A stretch of 64,000 nt of DNA from the IMG/VR virus record IMGVR_UViG_3300031576_000002, positions 141,228 to 205,227 of that record; one strand, 5' to 3'. Under the pieces are notes generated by a model. It was not told where the DNA came from, did no database searches, and worked only from the letters and a program-made list of their open reading frames with translations. A program made the position numbers and the translations under genes. Below are positions 8,295 through 17,968 of this stretch, piece by piece. Position 1 is the first letter of the stretch; each line of letters starts with the position of its first letter.

Positions 8295-8675
8295 TCAAGG
8301 CACAGGTAGGTAAGCCTTGGCCGCACTGACCAGGAGTACGCCAAAGGTCTGGCCTACCTTGCCGAGCAGCGCGTTCAGCTTCTCGCGGTCGCAGTTGCCC
8401 CGCTGAAGCGTCGCCAGGTCCGCCTTGGAGATCTCGATCCTGGCCTCGGGAGTCAGATTCTTCATGAGCAGGTCACGGGCTTCCTGGCTCATCTTGGCGC
8501 CGCGAATGGCGTGAACGATGTCAAACCAGATGTCCTGCGCGAACGCCTTGAGAAGATCCCGGATCTCAGGATCTTCAAGCATGCCCCCGATCTCGTCTTT
8601 GATCGTGTCCCGAAACCCGAGATCGTTGAGCAGAACGCCGAGCGTGCCCTTGATGTTGTCAAGCGAGTTAGCCAT
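8295..8675 (-). CDS. Hypothetical helical protein
   Basis: SD GAGGT before ATG; overlaps upstream stop. Confidence 0.75.
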   Translation of the reverse strand: MANSLDNIKGTLGVLLNDLGFRDTIKDEIGGMLEDPEIRDLLKAFAQDIWFDIVHAIRGAKMSQEARDLLMKNLTPEARIEISKADLATLQRGNCDREKLNALLGKVGQTFGVLLVSAAKAYLPVP

Positions 8676-9249
8676 TCGATACCTCGGTTACGGGCTCCAC
8701 GGCAGGAGCCGGCTCAGATGCAGGCGGGGGCTCCGCCGGTGGAATCGGCTCCACGGGTGCAGTTTCTTCCTTGAAGAGCAGATCAAACAGGCTCCCGAAT
8801 ACTCCGCCGAGGCCCTTATGGATACCGCCCCAGATCCCTCCCAGCAGCGCCAACGGGCCAGACTCGCGGTCCAAGTGCTCGACCACTTCCTTGGCCTTCA
8901 GCGCTTCAAGGCTCATCGCCTCCTTGGCTGGAGGGCACAGGTTGGAGTCTGCCGTACAGTCGCAGGCGGTCGCTTCCGTGCGAGCGGCGAGGTCATCGAT
9001 CTCAACCGCGTAGATCCGGTAGGTCGATTCCTCTGGCATGGTCAGGGTGAGTACCTTCACCCTCGCCTCCCCGTACAGAGAGACGCGCGCTACGCACGAA
9101 GCGCACTCTTGGCAGTTCACCTCACTGTAGTCCTCTGCAAAGGCCCTGACGATGCTGACCGAGTTCGCAAAGCTCTCTTCCTGCTGAGCCGTGAACGCAG
9201 AACAGCTCGTGAGCAAAACGACGATGATCCCGGCGTAGATGGATCGCAC
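8668..9249 (-). CDS. Cys-rich lipoprotein with Pro/Glu tail
   Basis: MRSIYAGIIVVLLTSC lipobox from GTG 9249. Confidence 0.6.
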   Translation of the reverse strand: MRSIYAGIIVVLLTSCSAFTAQQEESFANSVSIVRAFAEDYSEVNCQECASCVARVSLYGEARVKVLTLTMPEESTYRIYAVEIDDLAARTEATACDCTADSNLCPPAKEAMSLEALKAKEVVEHLDRESGPLALLGGIWGGIHKGLGGVFGSLFDLLFKEETAPVEPIPPAEPPPASEPAPAVEPVTEVSNG

Positions 9250-9283
9250 GGCACCCCCCTTTACCCTAGTATCGAGGAGTTCG

Positions 9284-9850
9284 CTACTGCCGCTTCGACG
9301 GTCGTTTCCTAGGCTTCCGGGATTCCACAAGTAACCTAGCTATCTCGTCGAACTCTTTCACAGCGTCGGGATCTACGATCGCCAGCAGCGCTCTCACCGT
9401 CGCCGGCTCGAAGGCTCCGGCGTCGTGCAACGCTTGGATGTCCCACAGGTCAAGAGGCTGGTTGGCGTAGAACTTTGCCATGACCAGCAGTTCCACGGGA
9501 AAGGTAGGAGCGTTCGTCCCCCACAACGTCTTCTGCACGGGATGGTCGATCGCCGAGGCTTCGGGTTCGTCCTCGGCGAAGAGCACGTCTACACGTTCCT
9601 TCACCCCACTAGCACCTGGAGGAAGGGCGATGTAGTGGTGCGGCGCAAAAACACGGTCCACTTGGAACCCGGCTTCCCGCAACGTCTTGAGCACTCGCCC
9701 CCTATCTCCCGGGCGGAAGAATGCGTCTACGTCCGCCGTGTACCGCGCAACGCCGTGCGCGTTCACAGCGGCTCCGCCTCCGACGGCATAGTCGATGCCC
9801 GCAGGCCCGACTGCTTGCACCAGGAGCTTCAGGATCTCTGCGGCTGTCAC
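9284..9850 (-). CDS. Second nucleotidyltransferase (same family as 2469-3176)
   Basis: YAVGGGAAVNAHGVARYTADVDAF; LVMAKF...PLDLWDI. Confidence 0.82.
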   Translation of the reverse strand: MTAAEILKLLVQAVGPAGIDYAVGGGAAVNAHGVARYTADVDAFFRPGDRGRVLKTLREAGFQVDRVFAPHHYIALPPGASGVKERVDVLFAEDEPEASAIDHPVQKTLWGTNAPTFPVELLVMAKFYANQPLDLWDIQALHDAGAFEPATVRALLAIVDPDAVKEFDEIARLLVESRKPRKRPSKRQ

Positions 9851-10050
9851 GGTTCTTTCTTAGACGGCTTACTCACAGCCTTGGCCTGGAATGCCTGCAT
9901 GACCTTCTGCCGGATGAGCTGGGGATTCACGGCGACATCCACGAACCCCAAAATCTCGTAGGCCGATGTGAACCCCGACCAGGTAATGCTCACGCCCTTC
10001 CCGTCTTCTTCCGAGATCGTGATCTTGCGCGTCTTGCTGTCTTTCTTCAA
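9847..10050 (-). CDS. Small hypothetical protein coupled to the nucleotidyltransferase
   Basis: GGAGG SD before TTG 10050; GTGA overlap. Confidence 0.6.
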   Translation of the reverse strand: MKKDSKTRKITISEEDGKGVSITWSGFTSAYEILGFVDVAVNPQLIRQKVMQAFQAKAVSKPSKKEP

Positions 10051-10064
10051 GGTATCCTCCAAAT

Positions 10065-10094
10065 AGAAACGGGGACGCAAGCGTCCCCGTTTCT
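10065..10094 (-). terminator. Rho-independent terminator after the AT-hook gene
   Basis: Perfect IR AGAAACGGGGACGC-AA-GCGTCCCCGTTTCT ending in a U-rich tail on the minus strand. Confidence 0.75.
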
Positions 10095-10112
10095 CAAGCG
10101 CTGATAGCGGAC

Positions 10113-10889
10113 TCAGTCGTCGCTACCGTCATCGCCATCATCATCGTCGGTGCTGTCGTCGTCGTCACCATCATCGTCCGACGCCTCCGCCTTGGCAGTG
10201 CCCTCGTCGTCCTCTCCGCCTCCCTCGGCTGCCTCCTCTTCCTTCACCTTCTTGGCCTTCTTGACCTTCTTGGGAGCTTCCTCCTCCTCCTCAGCCTTGG
10301 CCTTCTTCACCTTCTTGGGGGCCTCCTCCGGCGCCTCAGCGGCCTTGGCCTTCTTACCCTTGCCCGTGTACTCGCCCCGGCCAACCTTCCTGAGTTCGCC
10401 CGCGTCACAGGCACGCTTGAGGTGGCCACTCGCACCCACGGCTTCGATCTCGAAGTGCTTCGCCACGTCGGTCGGGCTCACGACGTCCTTCTGCGCAGAG
10501 ACCCACTCCACGACGGCCGACATCTTGAGCCGCTTCTTCTCACTCTTTGCAACCTTCGGCTTCTCCGTACCGGCTGCCTTCACCTTGGCAGGCCGTCCGC
10601 GCTTTTTCGGCGCCTCGGTCGTCTCCTCCACCTTCACCTTGGCGGGCCGCCCCCGACGCTTCACGGGTGCGTCGCCGTCTCCCGTGGACTCGGCCGAAGC
10701 CGCCTTCACGAACGCGGAGACGAGCCCCAGTGGAATGCTGGACGCTCCCACGGTCACGTTGCCGGTGCCGTTCGCGCTGAACAGCACTTCGTCGCCCGCG
10801 TGCAGGGTCACTCGGCCACCCTTGGAGGACACGAGGCCGACGCCCTTCTGGTACTCCTGGCTCTTCGCAACTTCGATCCTGAAATCCAT
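10113..10889 (-). CDS. Histone/HMGA-like DNA-binding protein (2 AT-hooks, wHTH, acidic tail)
   Basis: KRRGRPAK and KKRGRPAK; SPTDVAKHF...GHLKRACDAGELRKVGRGEY; Asp-rich C-terminus; GGAGG SD. Confidence 0.8.
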   Translation of the reverse strand: MDFRIEVAKSQEYQKGVGLVSSKGGRVTLHAGDEVLFSANGTGNVTVGASSIPLGLVSAFVKAASAESTGDGDAPVKRRGRPAKVKVEETTEAPKKRGRPAKVKAAGTEKPKVAKSEKKRLKMSAVVEWVSAQKDVVSPTDVAKHFEIEAVGASGHLKRACDAGELRKVGRGEYTGKGKKAKAAEAPEEAPKKVKKAKAEEEEEAPKKVKKAKKVKEEEAAEGGGEDDEGTAKAEASDDDGDDDDSTDDDDGDDGSDD

Positions 10890-10970
10890 GCTGCCTCCCG
10901 ATTAGATGCGAACGACATGTTCGCTCTCACTATTGATTAGCTTGTACTCCCGTTGCTGTCAAGCCCAATC

Positions 10971-11201
10971 CTAGAAATTTCCTACATCGTGCTGATAGCC
11001 GAGGCTGTAGCGACGCGCAGAGGAATTGTTCGGGTAGCCTCGCTGCCCGGAAACGGTGGGACTCCCGTCCGTGTAGTAACACGGTACAAGCCAGATCGTG
11101 TCTACTCTCTGCTGCCGCCAGTACGCCAGCTCTCTGGCAACCTCTCCCGTCGGAATCTCGGCCCAGCCTGGAATCTTGATGACAGGTGCGCTAGTCGTCA
11201 T
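10971..11201 (-). CDS. Hypothetical protein
   Basis: ATGA overlap with upstream gene. Confidence 0.55.
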   Translation of the reverse strand: MTTSAPVIKIPGWAEIPTGEVARELAYWRQQRVDTIWLVPCYYTDGSPTVSGQRGYPNNSSARRYSLGYQHDVGNF

Positions 11202-11965
11202 GCAGCCTCCGCGTACCACCCGCAGAACTGGCACCACGTTCCGCTTGAAGGATGGCGGTAGTTGTAGATCTTCTCCACGGGCTTACACTCTTCAGGAGTC
11301 GGGCGCGTCGCGTACCGCCCCCACCAATCCCCCGGGTAGCGCTGCGGGGGATTCTCGATCAGATCGAGACACGGCTGGTGCTCGGGGTAGAACTCTCGAA
11401 TACGCCGGACAGCCTTGTGGTTATCCGGGTACACCAGCTTCCGCCGCGCCTCAATGATCTCGGAGTTGGCCTGCTCGATCGCAGCCTTCTCCTTCGTCCG
11501 CCGCTCATCAGAGAAGCGCGGATCATCGTGGAAGTGCTTCAACTCGTAGGAGGGTACCGGCCAGATTCCCGTATACCCTCTCCGCGTACCGCTCGGGTCG
11601 TAGTAGCAGTGCTTGGAGTACTGGTAATGGCTGCTGATCCAAGCCTGAACGCGCGGATGGTCCTCGGGCAGAGGAATGTAGAGTTCCCGGTGCAGCGCGT
11701 CTCGCTTCGCCTTGTGAGCCTCCCAGGTCGTGAACGAGTCTCCGGCCGATTCGATCACAAGTCCGAGCAGGATGAGCGTCGGACCTCTGGGAGGAGTGTT
11801 TCCAGCCGGGGTGTAGACGTTCTTTGTGAAGTAAGTCGGATAGCCCGGCGGGTCGCCGTAGCACCCATTTCCGGGATCCTGCTGGAGATGGTAGCTACCC
11901 GCAATCTTGGCGGTCGGGAGCTTCTCCAGGCGTTCCCGGTTGATCGTGCTCAAATCGTATTTCAT
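11198..11965 (-). CDS. Hypothetical protein with C-terminal CxxC
   Basis: AAGGAG SD before ATG 11965; TATGAT box upstream. Confidence 0.75.
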   Translation of the reverse strand: MKYDLSTINRERLEKLPTAKIAGSYHLQQDPGNGCYGDPPGYPTYFTKNVYTPAGNTPPRGPTLILLGLVIESAGDSFTTWEAHKAKRDALHRELYIPLPEDHPRVQAWISSHYQYSKHCYYDPSGTRRGYTGIWPVPSYELKHFHDDPRFSDERRTKEKAAIEQANSEIIEARRKLVYPDNHKAVRRIREFYPEHQPCLDLIENPPQRYPGDWWGRYATRPTPEECKPVEKIYNYRHPSSGTWCQFCGWYAEAA

Positions 11966-12014
11966 GGAGTCTCCTTTCAAAAATATCATACAACCGCATT
12001 CAAAAAATTTCCGG

Positions 12015-12088
12015 TGGGCACGGAAGGAATCGAACCTTCGACCACTCGGTTAAAAGCCGAATGCTCTAACCAACTGAGCTACGCGCCC
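12015..12088 (-). tRNA. tRNA-Lys(UUU)
   Basis: GGGCGCG-TAGCTCAGTTGGTTAGAGCA-TTCGG-CTTTTAA-CCGAG-TGGTC-GAAGG-TTCGATT-CCTTC-CGTGCCC-A; followed by CCG, not CCA. Confidence 0.96.
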
Positions 12089-12321
12089 GTTTTGCGCGCC
12101 TTCAGCCACTGCTCGACGTAGCGTTTCGCAGGAGCGATCGTCTTGTAAGAACGCTGGGTCTCTTCCTTGTGGCACCACGCATAGGCGCGGTAACCATAGA
12201 GTTTCCAGCACACCATTCCACCCGGCCGACCATTGGTGGTCTGGTAGCCGGTATAGTCGCCAACGCCATCATGCCGCCATCGCATACTATCCTCCGCATG
12301 CTTGCCCTTAGCTTTCTTCAA
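12079..12321 (-). CDS. Small basic hypothetical protein whose stop lies inside the tRNA
   Basis: GGAGG SD, TTGA overlap with upstream gene. Confidence 0.6.
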   Translation of the reverse strand: MKKAKGKHAEDSMRWRHDGVGDYTGYQTTNGRPGGMVCWKLYGYRAYAWCHKEETQRSYKTIAPAKRYVEQWLKARKTGA

Positions 12322-13263
12322 ATGTAGCCTCCTGCAAAGCCTCTCGCAGGATCCCCGTACTTATCCGTCAAATCAGCAGCGATTCCCTCACCGCGAAGAA
12401 ACGCTTCGATCGCTTCCGGCGGGGCACTCTGGAGTACGACCTTGCGCCGCTTGTCCGGCCCCGGACGGGGAATAGCAAGGAACGGAATGCCCTCTCTCAC
12501 TGACGCTTCCGGCAGTTCGGGCACATCGCCCCAACACTCTACAGAGTGCGGACACGCAGGAGCTTTGTTGGACGGCAGGTTCGAGTGCGCCCCGCACTTG
12601 ACTCCGAGCGCTCCCGGCAGAAGATACGCTACTACCGTGCCACCAAGCCGGGGGTGCTGGGCGGGATATTCTTCGGCCCGAATCCGTGCCAGACGTAGCA
12701 CCTCACGCGCTCGCTCGACATCTACGAGCAACTCTTGTACGGAGCGCTTCTGGAACGCGGCACGCGAAGATACGCGCCAGCTTCCCAGCAACTCCGGATC
12801 CACGCCCGGACACTCGCCCCGGTACGCTGCTCCAAGGCAATGGTCAGCAGCAGCGATCCAACGCTGCTCCAGAGTTGGCTCCTTCCCGAGCAAGGTAAGC
12901 GTCTGACCGAGCTAGGTACTCGACAGGAGGACGGCCGTAGCCGGGATCGCCCGGATGGTGATGGTCCACCATCCGAATCGAAATTCCCCGACAACTCGAT
13001 ACGTCATCAGCTTCGTCACGGTAGACCGGATTGAATCCGCACTCCACCAGGTATACGCTCGCGCCCGCAGGCACCGTTGAGATCCACGTAGCGAGCGTCA
13101 CCGTTCGTTCCGCATCCGCTACGCCTTCGCTGGCGTAGGCAACGCCCGAATGTACGCGGTACAAGCCCACGGTCGCGTACAGAACCCCCTGGCCGTGTTG
13201 CCGGAGCACGCTCTCGACCTCTTCCATCTCGGGGTCCGACGCTCCAAGAATGTAGATACTCAC
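12318..13263 (-). pseudogene. Frameshifted DHH-like phage protein (DPEM...ECG...DHH.PGDPG...[SS]LGQ...ADHC...CPG)
   Basis: Frames 12844-13263 and 12318-12893 join at ~12912 (EYL | LGQ); expected xASS residues are missing. Confidence 0.65.
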
Positions 13264-13496
13264 TGTTCTTTCTCCTGGCAGCCTGGACACCACTCGTCCG
13301 GGTGCGCCATGTAGGACCGGGCTACGGCTTGCGTGTCGAAGCAAATCACCCCGCCGTGTTCATTGCAGACAAGTTGCCACTTTCCCGCGTCTGGATCTTC
13401 GGACGGCTGGAGGCCGACCAGCGTGCCCGTACTGCGGGCGCGTGTAGCAGTCCTGATACCGTCCCAGTCTGCCGCAGCAGGATGTATTCTTGACAT
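13260..13496 (-). CDS. Small Cys/His protein
   Basis: WQLVCNEHG...HPDEWCPGCQ; GTGA overlap. Confidence 0.7.
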   Translation of the reverse strand: MSRIHPAAADWDGIRTATRARSTGTLVGLQPSEDPDAGKWQLVCNEHGGVICFDTQAVARSYMAHPDEWCPGCQEKEQ

Positions 13497-13502
13497 AAGC
13501 GG

Positions 13503-13682
13503 TCAGGGCGCAGCCTTGTGCGTAACGTAGTGCACCTTCATCGTCTTTCCCCGTCGCTCCATCTTTTCAAACACGTACCCCTTCGGAGCACCCCCCAGAG
13601 CCAGAGCAGCTCCTCCCGCGTAGGGATCTACCGTGAACTCCTTCACGATCCGCTGTCTAACTTTCTCGCCCTTTTTCTTCAC
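13503..13682 (-). CDS. 59-aa hypothetical protein (below ORF-track cutoff)
   Basis: Manual read MKKKGEKVRQRIVKEF...HKAAP; AGGGG SD; follows sigma70 promoter. Confidence 0.55.
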   Translation of the reverse strand: MKKKGEKVRQRIVKEFTVDPYAGGAALALGGAPKGYVFEKMERRGKTMKVHYVTHKAAP

Positions 13683-13726
13683 CGTTTCCCCTTTTAGCCC
13701 GTAGGCCGGTTCGCAACCTTACCGCC

Positions 13727-13755
13727 AGTATAGTCTTATGCGCCTATAGTGTCAA
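13727..13755 (-). promoter_or_regulatory. Near-consensus sigma70 promoter
   Basis: TTGACA-N17-TATACT. Confidence 0.8.
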
Positions 13756-14190
13756 GTCCTTGTGCGTGGCTCTTAACTTCTCGCGAGCCTGCTCTGCCGT
13801 CATCGTCAGCGTCCGGACAGGATCCATCGCCTTCCCACACTTCCGGCAGGGGCGTTCTACGCCATCGTCTGAGAAGCGTACCCGGTGGCACTTCGGGTTG
13901 ACGCACTGGAACATCAGACAGGCTTCCAACGTACCTTCCCTGCCCCGCTTCACCACGTCCATGAAGGATTTGACCAGCGGGCGCGTACGCTGGATGAATT
14001 CAATTTCGTCTTCTACTGCGTCACGCACGATAAGGGGCTGGTTGCGCACGGAATTGATCGTGGTATTTCGGACGCAGACTGGACACTTGATATGCCAGCG
14101 ATCGGCGCGGTGCTCGAACTCCTTACCACAGTCGCAGCGCACCTGGAGAAAGTTGACCCGAGCCGTCCATCGAGCACCCAGTAGCTTCAA
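13744..14190 (-). CDS. Double zinc-ribbon protein
   Basis: CDCG...CPVC and CVNPKC...CRKCG. Confidence 0.7.
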   Translation of the reverse strand: MKLLGARWTARVNFLQVRCDCGKEFEHRADRWHIKCPVCVRNTTINSVRNQPLIVRDAVEDEIEFIQRTRPLVKSFMDVVKRGREGTLEACLMFQCVNPKCHRVRFSDDGVERPCRKCGKAMDPVRTLTMTAEQAREKLRATHKDLTL

Positions 14191-14372
14191 GGCTGCGGAC
14201 TTTCCTCGCGCTTTTTGAACTGCCCTGACTTCTTACTGAAGGGATTCTTCCCCATCCGATAGGGATGTAGCGGACACTCTTTGCTCGTACAACGCTTGAC
14301 CTCGCTGGGAGCACCGCCCATGCACATCAAGCATAGCGCGCGAATCGCTTTCTTGCGGGACGTGTAGATCAT
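14187..14372 (-). CDS. Small phage zinc-finger protein
   Basis: KAIRALCLMCMGG...EVKRC...CPLHPYRMG. Confidence 0.75.
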   Translation of the reverse strand: MIYTSRKKAIRALCLMCMGGAPSEVKRCTSKECPLHPYRMGKNPFSKKSGQFKKREESPQP

Positions 14373-15955
14373 TTTCCCTCACGCTTGCGCGGGCTTGATG
14401 ACCATCACGGGTACACGACCGCCGCGCATCTTCAGGCATTCGTCTATCCGCTCTGCCACGTCTGCGAGCTTTTCCGCGTCCGCTTCTACTCTAGCCAGAG
14501 CTTTGGCATACTCTGCCCGCTCGAAATCTGGAAGATTGCGCAACACGATCGTCGCCGCGCTTCGGCCCAGATACACCATAGTAAGAGCCAGGTCGGATAG
14601 ATCCAGATGTCCCTCATCTATGCAGGTGTTGACAACTGCTTCAAGCCTACTCGTGGCGCGCTGCATGTCCTCCTGATAGACATCCTCTTCTGAATTCAAA
14701 ACGTCCTCCGATCCTCAAACTTGAAGCCTGCGGCTGCAAGGTGGGCGCTTACCTGCGCAATCGCGCGTGCTTGGTGAGCTGCGTACTCTACCGCGGTTCT
14801 GGGGATGTCCAGCTCCCGCTCTGAATTCTCGATCGCGTTCTCCAGGATCTTCCACGGCATCGACTCGACCAAGGCGAGGGTGTCTTCACTCACACGGCGG
14901 AAGATGAGTCCCGCGCTCGGATAGCCCCACATTTCTCCAATAGCGAGGAGGTTGACCTGGTTCTTCGTCCAGGCTACATGGACAGGGTTGAGAGCTTCAG
15001 TCGGCATTTTTGACGGCCTCCCTGACGCTGTCCAGCGTCCGCTCGATATCGCTCAGACGATCTACGATCGGCTGGACGGCTTCGTTCACATCAGAAGGCT
15101 GAGCCGTACTTCCTATCTCGCCAGAGATGTCTTCAAGCCTTTCCAAAATCTTGTCGTAGTCACCCTCGACGCTGCGGATCCGGTCGCGCAGGTAGCTGAA
15201 CTCCACCGCCATCCAGCGACGAAGTTGTTCGAGCGTCAGCTCTTCCGAATCGGCCGGCTGCACCGACGGCTGCAACGGCGACAGAACTGTAGGCTGGAGC
15301 TTTTCTGCTTTTTTCATCGAGCCCTCAGTGCGCCATACACGGCGCTGATTTTGGATGCTTAGAAGAATCGTAACGCAGGCGCAAAGTCCGGTAGAGCACG
15401 GACAAGTCCGCGTCTTCTGCGCCTCCTACTAGAATACCGTTCTTGTACACGTCGGCGCGGAATACTCGATCTGCGCCATCCCACCAGACCTCGGCCCAGA
15501 ATGCTGCCGCTGCTACGGGAGCCCAGACCGCTTGTGCCCGGAGTTGCTCTGCGGTACCAGCTTCTACTTCCAGGCCGGCGATGTCGGTCATGGTCAACGC
15601 ACTCTCGGATAGCTGAGGAGGGCGCATGTAGTTGTGCCAGCACAACTAGGTAGGCTTAGCCTTTCTACTTTCTAACTGCTCCAGATCTTTATGCGCCGCT
15701 CTCAAGGCAACAACAGAGTCCTTCAGGAAGTCGGAGATCACTTCTCGCTCCACCTGAGTCGTCGCTGTATCGAACTCTTGCCTGAGAAACTCCAACGCCT
15801 TCGTGTGCCGGTGGATCTGTCCAAGAATGCGTGCTCGTGCCTGGCGTATCTCAGATACTTTTCGCTTCTTCTTGGGCTCTTTCTTGGGCGGAAGTACCCG
15901 CGTGGACCCGAAGTCATTCATGAAGTCTTCGGCGGCTGGAAACTATCACCTTTAT

Positions 15956-17167
15956 GCGACAGAAGAGGCCGCTCTGTGCTACAGTATCGGCTATGATTCA
16001 GCTCACCCTCCGACTCAAGCTCAGGCCAACTCCTGAGCAGAAGTCTATCTTCTATACCACCTCGGAGCAGCATACTCAATCTTACAACTACGCCTGCAAC
16101 TTTGGCTGGAAGAACAGCACTGCCAACCGGATCGAGATTCATCATGGTGTCTACCGTGCCCAAAGAGAGGCGACTCAGCTTCCTTCTCAACTTGTCGTAT
16201 CCAGCATTACCAGGGCTTCTGAATCTCTAGCCTCTGCCAAAGCCTTGAGAAGGAAAAAGAAGAAAGTAGCCTGTCCAAAGTCCAAACTCTGCCCCATCCG
16301 ATACGATTCAAGATCCTCCACAGTCAATCTCAAAGAAGGCTTTGCCGCTCTAGCAACCGTATCCGGCAGACAAAGAGTCCAGTTCAAAGTCCCTGACTTT
16401 CAACTTCCATACATTGACTGGAAAGTCTGCTCTTCCGATCTTATCCGGAATAGGAAGGGTAACTACTTCCTTCATGTCGTAGTCAGCCGTGAAGAGGAAC
16501 CGTTCATACCCGTTAAGAGAACAGTCGGAGTCGATCTTGGTATCACGCATCCAGCCGTAACTTCCAAGAACAAGTTTTTGGGTAAGAGGAGCTGGAAGAA
16601 CGTAGAAAGGAGAAACTTCAAACTGAGGCGTTCCCTTCAAGCCAAAGGCACAAAATCTGCCAAGAGACATCTTCAAAAGCTCTCTGGTAGACAGAAACGT
16701 TTCCGGCGTGACTGTGACCGTGTCTTGAGTAAGCAGTTGGTCCAGTCTTGTAAGAAGGGTTCTACCTTGGTATTTGAAAACTTGAAAGAGATCCGATCCG
16801 GTAACTCCAAAGGCAAGAGGTTCAACCGGAAGCTCCACGGTTGGAGCTTTGACCAACTTCAAGCCTTTGTAGAGTACAAAGCAAAGATGAGAGGTATCCA
16901 AGTTGTTTACGTGGATCCCCGGTACACCTCTCAGAAATGCTCCAAGTGTAAGTTCAGGAGCAAGAAAAACCGGATCTCTCAAAGTAGCTTCCAGTGTCGA
17001 AGCTGCGGGTTCAGGATTCATGCTGATCTCAATGCAGCTAGAAACATACGGAAGCGGTATCTTTTTACTCAGGCTAAAAGTTTGGGTAACGGGCTTATGT
17101 CAACAAGCCTAGTGCAGAGGTCAAAAGATCATCTGCAAGCTGCCTGCTTCGGCCGGTAGTAGTTGAT
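15956..17167 (+). mobile_element. IS200/IS605-family (IS1341-type, tnpB-only) insertion
   Basis: Inserted after TTTAT (15951-15955); right end hairpin ...GCTGCCTGCTTCGGCCGGTAGTAGTTGAT; removal restores stop codon (CFLA-TAA) of the interrupted minus-strand gene; ends uncertain by a few bp. Confidence 0.75.
15993..17159 (+). CDS. tnpB: TnpB RNA-guided endonuclease (distinct lineage)
   Basis: VGVDLG, LVFENL, YTSQKCSKC, CRSCG, HADLNAARN; leaderless after TGTGCTACAGT. Confidence 0.95.
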   Translation: MIQLTLRLKLRPTPEQKSIFYTTSEQHTQSYNYACNFGWKNSTANRIEIHHGVYRAQREATQLPSQLVVSSITRASESLASAKALRRKKKKVACPKSKLCPIRYDSRSSTVNLKEGFAALATVSGRQRVQFKVPDFQLPYIDWKVCSSDLIRNRKGNYFLHVVVSREEEPFIPVKRTVGVDLGITHPAVTSKNKFLGKRSWKNVERRNFKLRRSLQAKGTKSAKRHLQKLSGRQKRFRRDCDRVLSKQLVQSCKKGSTLVFENLKEIRSGNSKGKRFNRKLHGWSFDQLQAFVEYKAKMRGIQVVYVDPRYTSQKCSKCKFRSKKNRISQSSFQCRSCGFRIHADLNAARNIRKRYLFTQAKSLGNGLMSTSLVQRSKDHLQAACFGR

Positions 17168-17658
17168 GCCAGAAAGCACTCCGGCTCTTCCGTCGCGTTC
17201 AGGTACAGGCAGCACACCTCCGTCCAGGGTCTGCCATCCGTATCGACCACTTCGGATTGCCAGCAAACCTTCTCCGGCTGGATCTCGGGACTATCGGTGT
17301 GGCAATCGAACGTACAATTCGGATTGACTCGATCGCAAGCGGACAAGAAGATCAGCAAACTGATGACCTTCACCCACCTCATCCCGTTCCAGTACATTCC
17401 CTTCCCCCGCACTTCTGCCCACCAGCGTTCCACTACAGAATTGTTAAGATACGTCTCGGCCGAGTTGTGATTCAAGACTTCCTCTCCTCCTGCCGTGAAG
17501 ACTCGAATCCGATTCCCGTAGCGTCCCTTTCCAGGAATCCGCCACCGGACGCCTCGCGGTTTCCGATCGGTGTTGCAGTAGCCTTGATCTATCTCAGCCC
17601 GCAGACCAAGGCCAGCCCCATTGATTTCGGCCGCGATAGTTTTCAATCGGCGCGACAT
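17095..17658 (-). CDS. Hypothetical protein with internal lipoprotein-like signal; native stop displaced by the IS
   Basis: MRWVKVISLLIFLSAC internal; reads into the element after CFLA. Confidence 0.6.
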   Translation of the reverse strand: MSRRLKTIAAEINGAGLGLRAEIDQGYCNTDRKPRGVRWRIPGKGRYGNRIRVFTAGGEEVLNHNSAETYLNNSVVERWWAEVRGKGMYWNGMRWVKVISLLIFLSACDRVNPNCTFDCHTDSPEIQPEKVCWQSEVVDTDGRPWTEVCCLYLNATEEPECFLASTTTGRSRQLADDLLTSALGLLT

Positions 17659-17931
17659 GTTTTCAGCACTAGGCGGCCGACTGCTCTTCCGTTGCCAATG
17701 CGCTAGCCGCGTTCTCTGCTTCCCACCGTTCCAGATCCACTTCGAACAGGCAGGTCTGCACGAACCCGATCACGGCTTCGGCACCCCGCCGCTCCAGCTC
17801 GCTGTTCCACTTCGCCTTGCGCTTGTGCTCGACCTTGCCCTCTTCCCGGATGCGTCGGGCTTCCTTGGCCTTCTTCACCTTCTCCTGCTTGCGCGACTTG
17901 GACTTTCGCATTTCAGTTGCCTCCTGATTCT

Positions 17932-17962
17932 ACTATACCGCGCCAATCTTAGAATTCCGCAC
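17932..17962 (-). promoter_or_regulatory. Phage promoter GTGCGGAA-N17-TATAGT
   Basis: Recurrent motif, followed by AGGAGG and ATG 17911. Confidence 0.7.
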
Positions 17963-17968
17963 CCCTGG

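Noticed and set aside
10150-10905. Long plus-strand ORFs (also 26257-27612, 28026-29153, 36411-37409, 38924-39910, 60790-61260)
   Set aside because: Antisense shadows of better-supported minus-strand genes in GC-rich DNA
10934-10962. TTGACA upstream of the AT-hook gene as a sigma70 promoter
   Set aside because: No convincing -10 at 16-18 bp spacing (TAATCA)
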